Positions 1 through 11,432 of a stretch of DNA of 64,000 nt are shown here, in pieces. Under the pieces are notes generated by a model. It was not told the DNA's origin and made no database searches. It saw only the letters and a program-made list of their open reading frames with translations. Numbering within the stretch: position 1 is the first letter of the stretch; each line of letters opens with the position of its first letter. This stretch comes from Salpingoeca rosetta (Eukaryota; Protista; Choanoflagellata). A program made the translations under genes and the position numbers. The stretch covers positions 852,335-916,334 of the forward strand of contig JAWQFM010000015.1 in assembly GCA_033442325.1 (NCBI GenBank). Direction: 5' to 3'.

Positions 1-1568
1 CGTGTACCCGTCAGACACAATCACGGGGATGCAGCCCACGAGGACAGCCTCGAATATGCGCCGCGTGCCAGCTGTGAGGCCACGCGGGCACAGGCAGAAC
101 TCCGACGTGGCCATCTCCGCAAGCGTGTCGCGCACAACCTGACGCACCAGCAGTGAGTGGGAGGAGCGGGGATTCTTGTCCTGCATCATCTTCACCTGCG
201 CATCGTGAATCACGCAGTGCGGGTGGCCCTCCACCGCCTTCTTCAGCACCGTTCGCACGCGGTTGTTGGACAGCGTCCCTGCGAAGAAGAGAAACGTGTC
301 TCGGGCACGCGCTGACGTCTGCGGTGCACGCACACCATTTCCCATGCGATTGCTGTTCGTGCTGCTACGGGTGTTGCTGCTGCTGGTGCTACTGGTGTTG
401 GGGTTGGAGTGTTGAGCGCTCCGTGCTTGCCCCTTCCTGCTGATCACTCGCGGGTTGCTCATGGCCCACGTGGTGCTGTACTGCTGTTGTTGCTGCTGCT
501 GCTCTTGTTGCCCTTGTTCATACGTTTGCTGCTGTTGTTGTTGTTGTTGTTTTTGTTGTTGTTGTTGCTGTTGTTGCAGGGTGACGTTTTCTGCCAGCGC
601 GGCCACGGCCGCCGGCACATATGGCGGGATCTTGATGTCGCGACCGCGGATGAATCGGAGGACGCCCGGCCGCGGGTCGTCGTCCTCAACAGCGAGGAAG
701 CGCACGCGGCTGTTGGCGCGCAGGAGGCGCAGCAGCGTGGGGCCCAGCAGCCGCTCAAGTGGCCGCTGCGACGACCACACCAGGATATGGTCGCTCCCGC
801 GAGACCGCTGAAACCACGGGCTCGATGCCAGCTCAGACAGCAGCGCGTCCTGCAGCCGCGGCAGCAGGTCGCCCTCGTACATGCCAATGCGCCCATAGAA
901 CCTGAGGGTGTGTGTGGGGGGGGGGAGGGTTAGGTGGTGGTGGTGAAGATGGTGGTGGTGGTGAGTGTGCTGGGGGACAAGCGGGGAGGGGGACAGAGCG
1001 ATGGCATTCTTAACACAAACAAACACGCACGCAGACACACACAGACGCACGCACGCAGACACACACTGCCCGTGACGTACGGGAGGAGAAAATGGGTGGC
1101 ATTTGCCGGATCCGTGGTGAAGAGAGGGCTGTGTGCGGCATGCAGCAAGTTCTCATGAAACACGTGCTCGGGGATGTACTGGTTGTGCTGGTTCCATTCG
1201 TTGTACACCCACCCTCGGTTGCGGTCCAAGATCTCCGCATTGATGGCGGCAAGCTTCGACGTGTTGCGAAGCGGGTACACGAAGAACCGCACGCCACCGT
1301 GCATGGACGGTGCCGCTACAGCAGGCCCTCCCCTGCTCCTTGTCGACGCTGGCCATCCAGCGTCCGACTCCACAGCCGCTGCCGCCACCGCCACCGCCAC
1401 AGCATCATCAACATCGCCGTGCCCTTGCTCTTGCGCCCTCGCGCTGCCACTGGCAACCAGCAACCCACACCCTACCACACCCACCACAACAGCCCACAAC
1501 AAGCGACCGTTGCTGGTGTTCGTGTTGTTGTTTTTCATCGCTGGTTGCTGAAAAGTGGTTGAAACCAT
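1..1568 (-). CDS. Exostosin-family (GT47) glycosyltransferase, type II membrane/secreted; 3' end runs off the window
   Basis: N-terminal hydrophobic segment (LLWAVVVGVVGCGLLVA), then VRFFVYPL...FTTDPANATHFLLP. Intron 902-1080 (GTACGT...CAG) joins to FYGR...PWFQRSRGSDHILVW. Near position 1 it reads EMATSEFCLCPRGLTAGTRRIFEAVLVGCIPVIVSD, the typical GT47 C-terminal motif. Start is ATG 1568 or 1538. Confidence 0.85.
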
Positions 1569-1725
1569 TCACCAATCCTCCACAACCACCACAAGAAAGC
1601 GCCACCCAACAACAACAAACGCCTGTCACTCTCCTCCTCTAGCACACACCCCTGTCCTCCTCACACCCTTCCTCCTTGTCTCCTTGTCCTGCTTGCTTTG
1701 CTTGTCCGTCTGTCATTCTGGGGGC

Positions 1726-4700
1726 ATGCGAGGGCTGCTGGCGATTGCGCTGGTGCTGGCGATAGCATCTGCGCTTGGCTGTGCCCATGCGCAAGCCTCA
1801 CGCACGCTTGGCAGCGTTGCGTCAATGACACAACCACCAAAACGCCTCGCCTCCGCCGAAGAAGAAGAAGCTGAAGCGTTGTGCTCACCCGATTCTTCTG
1901 CGGACAGCGACGCGATCGCATCATCTGCTGCATCAATCTTGCACGTTGGCTGTTCTGCGCACAGCACGCTGTGCCGGGAGGCCAAGGCTGAGCTGCAACA
2001 ACTGCTGCAACTCGTTCACCGTGCACCCCACGTTCACAACACGACTGGTACTGACGTCGACGACAAGAGCGGCAACAGGACAGGCGACGGGGCGTCTGAC
2101 CCACCCCAACCGCAAGCAACTGCCACCGCGCTGCAACGTGCACTCACCTTCTTCTGTGACAGCGGCAGTGGAGGAGTTGACTCAGATCGGCTTCATCCTG
2201 TGAAAACACAGCCAGCGCACCAAGGAACGCCGCTTGCTGCGGACGTGCCAACGCTAAGAACGCCAAGCAACGGTGACTTCTTCGGTGAATCCGCAGCAGA
2301 TCCTCCGCTGTCACGGCCACCACCTGGCGTCCAGAAACACCAGCGATCAGCTGCTCCGCGTGGACGGTTGCAGTCCAGGACCCGCCGGAACGAAGAGGAT
2401 GTGGACCACGCCGTGTGCACGTTGTCCAGCCTGCTTGCTCTCAACTGCAGCTCGCCTCCCACCGCTGTTCCCACGAGTACGTTGGAAGTTATTGTGGATG
2501 CTGTTGAGGAGCTGGGCGCCCTCATAACACAGCCTGACCCCGACTTCGACAGGGCTGTCGCCGCAGAGTATGTACTACAACAGACGGACACTTGGAAGCC
2601 ACGAACTCTCGTTGTAAGCGGGCTGGTGTACTTGGAGGATTTGGTGTGGCTGCTCGACAGCGGCACTTGGGGCAATGCGGTCAACTTCAGGCTGACTGGT
2701 CTCAACACGCCCACGCTATGTCTCAACATCTTCAACCCCTTGCGGAATGTTCGTAACATTCGCATCTCGGATGGCCATGTAATTCACCTCGCCCAAACGT
2801 GCAGCGATGTTGAACCAACGTTCCGACCGGGAGTGTTTCTGCAAGAACTGCGCCTGCAGCGCATGAACATTCGCAACATCGCAGATAACACGTTTCGTAA
2901 CATGCACATCGTCCACACATTTGATTTTCGAGACAACCAGTTAACGGCCGTCACAAACAGCACTCTGTTTGGGCTGAATCATCTAGTCCTTCTGCAGCTG
3001 CGCGACAACCACATCAGCGCGATTGAAGATGGTGCATTTGCTGGAAAGACACGGCTTACAACTCTGAACTTGATCGAGAACGATCTTACGCAACTGTCGG
3101 AGCGTGTGCTATCGCCACTTACGACGCTGCGAATCTTGCATCTGAATACCAACCCCCTCAACGCACTTGCAGAGAAAACATTTGCGTCCCAAAGGAGCCT
3201 GCGTTCGCTGTTCATGAACAACTGCAATCTACAAAGATTGCCACCCAGTGTGTTTCAGAACACAACTGCGCTTGCTGACATCCGCATCAGCAACAACAAG
3301 CTGACCCACCTCCCAGAGGGCATATTCTCCAACTCGTACCAGTTGAAACGGTTTGATTTCGATAACAATGCCCTGCGTCGGGTTGATCGCCTCTGGACTG
3401 GAACACGCCATCAGTTGTTCCGTATCCAGCTGACCCACAACCGCCTGACGCTCATCCATCCATCCATTATTCCATCTGCCCCGAATTTGATCATTTTCCT
3501 CGTTGGGCACAACGTCCTGACTTCAACTGTTTTGTCTTCGCTGCATGACCATGCGCAGCTGGCTATTGTGGATGCCAGCTTCAACAGTATCTTGTCCATT
3601 CCGGACGATGCGCTGCGCAATATGACGCGACTACGGCAGCTATCCCTAACTGACAATCTTCTCACAAAGTTCCCAGCAAGGAAACTTCCGTCCCTCCTCT
3701 CCCTGCGCCTGAGCAACAACCCCCTCAGGGTTCAGCCAGATGTATCTCTTTATTCTCAACTTGACGAACTGGACTGGACCAACCACCGCATTCCACACCT
3801 GGACGCCACGCCCTTCCTCCAACTGCCTCGTTTGCACCGGCTGGAAATTGCAGCCGCCAAAGATGCGCCCCCGGCCACTTTGAGCCTGAGCAGCATCAGC
3901 AACCTTCAGGACTTGAATCGACTGAGTGCTGTGGACGTGCGAAATATCGATGCTGGCCCATTGTTCAGCATACTTAAAGGCAGGGTTGGATTTGCGCTGC
4001 GGGAGCTGTCCCTTGGCTGGAGCGGCATGGACGAGACCACCTTGTCTTTGACTGACATCTGTTTCTTTCTCTCGGACACCGTCACCCGCTTTGAGTTGTT
4101 TGACACCGGTTTCACGCACGTGCGCCTGTGCGATGGCGTCGCCTACGACGCCGTCTTCCTCCAAGACAACCTGCACCTGCAGAGCGTGAGCAGTGTCGGC
4201 GGTGTGCAGCAGCTCAACGTGTCCGGGTGTCCACGTCTGCAGCAGCTGCAGGTGCCGTCAGCAGAGGTGCTGGACATCAGTGGCACACGGGTGCCGCTGT
4301 TCCGTGGACTGTGCACGTCGCTGGGAACACGCACGGTTGTTGCACGCAACTGGCATACCCGAGATTTAAGCGACGAAGCGCGCTTGCAACAACTGCTGTC
4401 GCAGTGTTTGTTAACCAGTCGTGTGGATGTGCTGGACCTGAGCGACAATGCACAGCTTGACCAGCCAGGTGTGGTTGAGGATGTGGTTTCGAGCGTTGTG
4501 GTGCTGGGAGGAGACGGACAACAGATAAATGATGACTTTGCCCGCTTGGTTGGCCGAACATCGGTTGGCTTGCTGCAACTCGCGAATGCACCCATCACTT
4601 GCCAACTTCAGTTCCTTGACCTTCGCATTCGGCAATCAGGGCAAATTCGGCACATTCGCTTCCAAGAGCTGGGCTACTTCTACATGTGCCAGTGCTCGCA

Positions 4701-6509
4701 AGGGTATGAGCATCGCGGTGGACGCTGCCGTGTGATCGAGCGTGACAACACAGCAGCGGTGCTGGGCACGCTGGCAGGCGTAATTGCGCTTCAAGTGATT
4801 TTGCTCGTCATTTACCGGACATACAAGCGGCAGCGACGCCTGCAGACGGACAACGCGCTGAAGGAGAAACTGCTGGTGGAGCGAGACGCGGAGGTGATGG
4901 CGCTGAAGAAGGGGTGGGAGATCGAGTACGGCGAGCTGGAGATGCGGCGCCACATCTGCACGGGCGCGTTTGGCGACGTGTGGGAGGGGCGCTGGGACAC
5001 GGTGAGGGTGGCGGTCAAGGTGATGAAGCAAGAGGTGCTGCTGTTTGACGAGACGACGATGCAGGAGTTTGAAAAGGAGGTGGAATTCCTGCAGCGGACA
5101 CGGCACCCGCACCTGGTTCGCTTTTTTGGTGCTGGCAAGGACCCCAGCAACTCGCCCTTCCTGGTGCTGGAGTTTGTCGCCCTCGGATCGCTGACCGACC
5201 TGCTTGAAAGGGACTTGGACGAGTGGCTGGACCAGCGCCGTCAGCAACAGCAGCAGCAGCAGATGCAGCATGGCGGTGGCGTAGGCGGACTGCAAGATGA
5301 CGATGCTGGCGGAGGCTGGGTCGATGTGCACCGGGTAGATGACGACGTTGCCGTGCATGCGGATGGTGCTTTGACGGCGTGGGACCTGAAGCAGCGGCTG
5401 GCAGGCGACATTGCCTGCGGCATGGCGTTTATCCACTCCCTCTACCAAGTCCACAGGTGTGTGAGAATGTGCGTGCGTGCTTGCGTGCGTGCGTGCGTGT
5501 ATGCGTCTTTGTGTGTTTGTGTTTGCGTGTATGTGTATGTGTGTATGTGTGTGAATGTATGTACGTGAGTGTGCATGTATGTACGTGAGTGTGCATGTAT
5601 GTACGTGAATGTGTATGTACGCGTGCGTGCGTGCGTGTATGTGTGCACGTCCAAACTTTGTGCTCACAACCTGTGGTTCTTGAGTCTCCCACAAGTGAAA
5701 TACTCTTGCTCTTGTTCACTCGTGACATCATCCTTTCATTTCAACTCACGACTGATCGCTATCAACTCCTCTCCTTCCCTCCTCGTTTACAATGACACTT
5801 CCTTGCATGCGCCTTTTGAATGTTCCCTCCTATGCCCCCCCCCCTTATTTCCACGTGCAGAGACTTGAAGAGCGGCAACGTGCTGGTGTCGAGCGCGCTG
5901 CGTGGAAAGATTACGGACTTCGGGTCCATCCGCCAACGCCTGAAGCGCCACGACAGGCACGGAGGCAGCCAGCGGAGCTCCAAGGGCAAGTCTGGTCGCA
6001 GCACGAAGCGCCAGCAGTCCCTGTGGAGGAAGAAGAAGAAGAAGCAGCGTCCAATGCCTGCAGGCACCCTGCTCCGCTCCAACACCAACACCAACGACTT
6101 TGACAACCATGACGACTACGACGATGATGGTGCGGATGATGTGGCCGGCAGCGATCGCGGCGACACGAGCGAGACGCGGTGGCCGACGGATCGCGAGGGA
6201 CACGAGCTCCGGTACTCGTGGGCCGTTGGCTCAAAGACGATGCACCTGAGCATGACGGCTGGCGTGGGCACGCCCATGTACATGGCACCTGAGGCCCTGT
6301 ATGGGCGCGAATATGGGCAGAAGGCGGACGTGTTCAGCTTTGGCGTTGTGCTGTGGGAGATTGTGACGCAGCAGCAGCCGGACATTATTGCCCAAGAGTA
6401 CGGCGACACCTTTGACGGTCCTTTGTTCCCCACCATCAAGCAGCTGCTCGAGGATGGCAAGCGCCTTCGCTTCCCAGGTGTGTGGTTGGGGGGTGTGTTG
6501 GTTTGGGTG

Positions 6510-6567
<58 letters not shown>

Positions 6568-6598
6568 GTGTGTGTGCGTGTGTGTGTGTGTGTGCGTG

Positions 6599-6635
<37 letters not shown>

Positions 6636-6872
6636 CTCTGTGTGCGCTCATCCACCCCTCTACCTTGTTTTCACCACACAACGACGTGCACACGCGCCAC
6701 AGACGATTCAGAGGCCTCGCCAGGATCGTCGTCGGCGCCAGCATGGTTCCGTGACATGGCCGCGGCGTGCATGGCGCAGACACCAAAGGACCGTCCCACA
6801 TTCCAGGAGCTGGAAAAGAAGCTCCGCAGCACACAACCTCCTTCTTCTGCTTCTTCTGCTTCTGCTGTTTGA
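1726..6872 (+). CDS. LRR receptor-like protein kinase (signal peptide, LRRs, EGF-like Cys motif, TM, TKL-type kinase); exons about 1726-5456, 5861-6477, 6703-6872
   Basis: Signal peptide [22 protein letters not shown]; many LxxLxLxxNxL repeats (about 2750-3950); [14 protein letters not shown]; [21 protein letters not shown]; kinase motifs GAFGDVW, VAVK, HR|DLKSGN (split by a GT-AG intron), [22 protein letters not shown]. Confidence 0.9.
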
Positions 6873-7367
6873 AGTGCTTACTTTTGTTCGTGTGTGGCGG
6901 TGGGATGATGTGTGACGTTGCGCTTCTTTGTTTCAGGTCTTGTTTTTTCGTTCGTTGTTGTTGGGCCCCTTTTTCTTTTTCGGGTTCTTTGTGCTCCGTT
7001 CACGCACAAGCACACGCACCAGCAACATCCACCATGATCTTGCTCCGCTTGCTTCTCATGCGCACGCTTGCGCCTGGTTATGTGATGTGACCTTGTTGCT
7101 GCTCTACGTTACTCTTCTTCTGTCTTGCTCGGGGGCGTGTCGCGAACATCGCTGCTCACAACACCAATGCAAATTCCATCACCAAATGGTTCCGAAGAGA
7201 GCCATCTGTCCTTTCTTAAAACCCTCACGCCACTACACCACTGCAAACCGGAAGAGAGCAACCAAGAGGTCATACAAACACCCTCAAACAGCAGCTGAAC
7301 GCGCAGTCCGGCTACAGCCACGCTGATTTTTTGTGGTGTCGCTAACCGTTTGTTTGTTTTGCCCTTT

Positions 7368-8119
7368 ATGATGGAGGCTTGTGACAACAGCGATCGCCGC
7401 CGTGATCGCCGCCGTGAGGAGGACAGGGCCGAGCGCGGCGAAGGTGGTGGTAGTGACAGTGGTGGTGGCGAGGGAAGATACAATGCTGCCTCGGACGAGC
7501 AGCAGCCTTTGCTGTCCTCTTCCTCGGCGAGCAGTACGAGCGGTAGCCCACGCACACCGTCGCAGGTGTATGCGGTGAGCCTGGCCTTCTTCGTGCTGTT
7601 TCTGGCATACAACTCGCTGCAGAACTACACCACGTCGCTGCTGCCAAACGGCCTCGGTAACCAGTCCCTGGCGATCCTGTACATCAGCGTGCCGTTCTTC
7701 TGTTTCACGGGACCCCCAATAGTGCAACGGCTGGGCGAGAAGTGGACCATGGTCCTTGGTTCATCCACATACATTCTCTTCATGGGGTCTCTCATCAAGG
7801 TGCGTGCATGTTGATGTGCCATGGTGTTGTTGGTGTTGGTGTTGGTGTTTGTGTTGGTGCATGCGTGCATCATTTGCTGCTGGAGTTGCACAGCTGCAAA
7901 CGGCAATCGCCTCATTCCATGCTCGTGTGTTGATGTGCAGGTCATCCCCGCGTTGGTGAAGGCGGCATCTGTGGTGATTGGTGCGCCTTGACATCTTTTG
8001 TTTTCTCGTCGTTTGTGGTGACGTCTGCCACCATTCGAATCCGATTCTTCTTGGCCACCTGTCTGCTTGCCTGGTTGCTTATTACGCATGTGCTTCGCGT
8101 GAAGTAGGTGTAATGTAAT

Positions 8120-8156
<37 letters not shown>

Positions 8157-8357
8157 ACACACACACACATACACACACACACACATGTGCTTGCAGGGTT
8201 TGGAGCTGCGATCTTGTGGATTGCGGTGGGCCCATACATTACAAAGGCGAGCACAACGGACACCGTGGGTCGGAACAACGGCATATTCTGGGGCATCTTC
8301 CAGTTTTCCAATGTCATCGGCAACATTGGCGCCTACTTTATCTTCGATGTGAGTGGC

Positions 8358-8413
<56 letters not shown>

Positions 8414-9174
8414 TATTTGATGGTATTTGATGGTGTTTGATGGTGTGTGATGGCGTGTGGCGCTTCGAGACAAGTTTTTTGTGCATGTGTGTGCGTGGTG
8501 ACTCCTCTCGCCTCACCATTCGCTGTCACATGCACCTGTTCGCCCGTGCAAACACGTGTCGCGTTTGTCTCAATTATGGCGCCACGTGCTGTCCATGCTG
8601 CCCATGCTTTTTCCACCTCAACCTCCCCACGACCGCACTCTGACCCATCCCATCCGACCTCTCCTTTCCCAACCCGCACCTGCTTCCTGTTGTTCGCCAA
8701 CACTTGACATCAGAACCTTGGTGGGTCTACAGCGCTGTTTCTTGCCCTGACGGCGATTGGTGGGCTGGCCGTCATCATCTTCTGCTTCATCAAGCCAACC
8801 TCCAAATTCAGCACCCAATACCACCATCAAAACTCCGAAGGTACAGCCTGTATATGTGCCTGTGTATGCGTGCGTGTGCACGCTTGTGTGTGATTGTATG
8901 TGTGTGTGTGTGCGTGTGTGTGATTGTGTTTGAAGGGATTGCTGCTGTACCTCACGCACAATGTGCACACACACACACACACACACACGCACACACACAC
9001 TGACATGTGCAGCGCTTCTCGAAGAAAAGAGGACTGTATGGGAGGATGTGAAGGCCACGCTCGTCATATTGCAAACGAATGAGGTTCGCACACAATCGCA
9101 TGCTTGTGGCGTTCTGTGCTTGCACCCACCATGCGCCGCTCGCTCCCTACACATGCAACATGGGCAAACACATC

Positions 9175-9255
<81 letters not shown>

Positions 9256-9299
9256 GCACGCACGCACATACACATACACATACGCACGCACACACACAC

Positions 9300-9330
<31 letters not shown>

Positions 9331-9643
9331 TACGCACGCACGCACGTCCCCACGTGCTTTGCAGATGCTGCTGCTGCTGTACATGTTTCTCTTCACGGGG
9401 CTCGAGCTTGCGTTCTGGAGTGGCGAATTCCCGCAGCTGCTGGATGCATCTGTCATCGGGCTTGTGCTGTGCTTTGCCGGCGTTGGCGAGATTGCGGGCA
9501 GCCTGTTCACCAACCGCCTGTCTGATCGCCTCGGCTGCTCCCTCATGCTCGGCGTTGGCGCTGTCGTCTACGCAGCGGGCCTCACCCTCGTCTCATTCAT
9601 CCACGTGTGTGTTTGTTGTGTGTACATGAGTTGTGTGTGTGTG

Positions 9644-9692
<49 letters not shown>

Positions 9693-10550
9693 TATGGTTG
9701 TGCGTGTTATTGTGTGCTTGTGAGCAGCTACATGCGTGTCCTTTGTTCTTGCACGTGAGCAACCAAGCGTAACGCACATCACATCAATCACGTCACTGCC
9801 AACCGTTTTCACGTTTCCATAACCTGAATCTCCCTCGCTCCTGCTTCCTCCCGCTGCAGCTCGATCCACCGGGAACCCGCCCACTCTGGAAGGGCGCATC
9901 ATGGATGGCTTACGTCTCTGCCTTTGCCTTTGGCGTGGGTGACAGCTGTCTCAACACACAGGCAAGTGTGGTTGTGCGTGTGTGCATGAACGTGCGCGTG
10001 CGCATGTGGACTTTCTTGTGCATGTGCGTGTTGTTTGGTTACGTGTTTGCTCGACCTCTGGCACAACCTCACATACGGGCCCTCCTCTGTCCCTCTCTCC
10101 TTCCCTGAACCACCACCCCCCAACACACACGCATACACCCGTGCCCTTTGCACCCACGCACAATAGGTGTACGCCCTGTTGGGCAAGTTGACCAAAGGAG
10201 CGACAGCTGTCAAGGCGTTTACGGTGTTCCAGATTTTCCAAAACCTGGGGTCTGCCCTTGGGTTCTTTTTGGGCACGCAGCTGCCCATGCACGGCCACAA
10301 CGCGTCACTGGCGCAGGTGTATATCCAGGCGCTGATCCTGTTGATCGGCACCGTGTTCTTCATTCGCGTTGACGTGCAGCATTCCCGCAAGACGAAGCGC
10401 AGACAACAGCAGGAGCAACAGGAGCAGGCAGCGCGTGAGGCAAAGTCAACCGACAGTCATCACCACGGTCATCACCACCACCACCATCACCACGACCACG
10501 ACCACCACCACCATGTGGGTGTCAACAGGGCCAATGGCATGCATGCATGA
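7368..10550 (+). CDS. UNC-93-like MFS transporter (MFSD11-like), about 9 exons including a 40-nt exon at 7941-7980
   Basis: Spliced peptides SLAFFVLFLAYNSLQN, GFGAAILWIAVGPYIT...GRNNGIFWGIFQFSNVIGN, YMFLFTGLELAFWSGEFPQL, AFAFGVGDSCLNTQ|VYALLG, AFTVFQIFQNLGSALGF match the UNC-93 family; His-rich C-terminal tail. Confidence 0.85.
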
Positions 10551-10773
10551 GTCGTGATAGGATTCGATGACGCCATGTTCTTGTGGCGTCGTTGATTGAT
10601 AGTGATAGTGAATCCACATCGGTTCTTTCTTTCTTTCTTTTTTGTTACTTTTTCTTCGACATGCTCGCGTTACATTAGCTTGTCTCAACAGGCCAGCCTG
10701 TGTGTGTTTGCGCTTGTGTGTGTATGTGTGTGTTTGCGCTTGTGCGTGTATGTGTGTGTGTGTGTGTTCGTGC

Positions 10774-10831
<58 letters not shown>

Positions 10832-11432
10832 TGTCTAACAGCACCTGTCCACACCATGCATGCAGCACAGCAGCAAACCACCACATTAGTGAACACCATA
10901 AACGATAGTTTGCCTGAATTACATCCTGATTTTAGGGTGTCAAAATTGACGGCTGACCACTTGTTCTTGCGGCACCACAGAACCAGCACCACAGAACCAA
11001 CCAACCAACCCATTCTTGATTGCTGCACCGTCTCTTCTCCCAACACAACACTGCTCACACCTGCAGCGGAGACAAACAGAGGTCAGGCGCAAGTTGTTGT
11101 TGGTGGAGGTGGCTGGGCTCGGCACCGTTGGGCTTGTGCGTTGGGTCGTGAGGAGGGACTGGATGGTTGGTGATACGTGTTGCCTGTTCATCGCATATCA
11201 CCACACACGACAACAATACGTATCGCTTTTTTGTTGCTGTTGCTGTTGCGACAGCCATCATCCTATCACGCTCACACCCACGGCTAACACTCACATCCAC
11301 GGCTAACACTCACACTCACACTCATATGTCTTCATTTTTTTTTCCTTGTTGTCCGCGCTCTTGTTGTCTGCATTTGCTTGATTGTTACGTGCCCTGCCAC
11401 ACCCATCTGCTCTGCCATCTACCCCCTCGCAG

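Noticed and set aside
4636-5694. 352-aa antisense ORF over the kinase
   Set aside because: Shadow of the coding strand plus intronic repeat.
11278-11314. Duplicated CCACGGCTAACACTCACA upstream of NDUFV1
   Set aside because: Short local duplication, possibly in a 5'-UTR intron; no further support for function.
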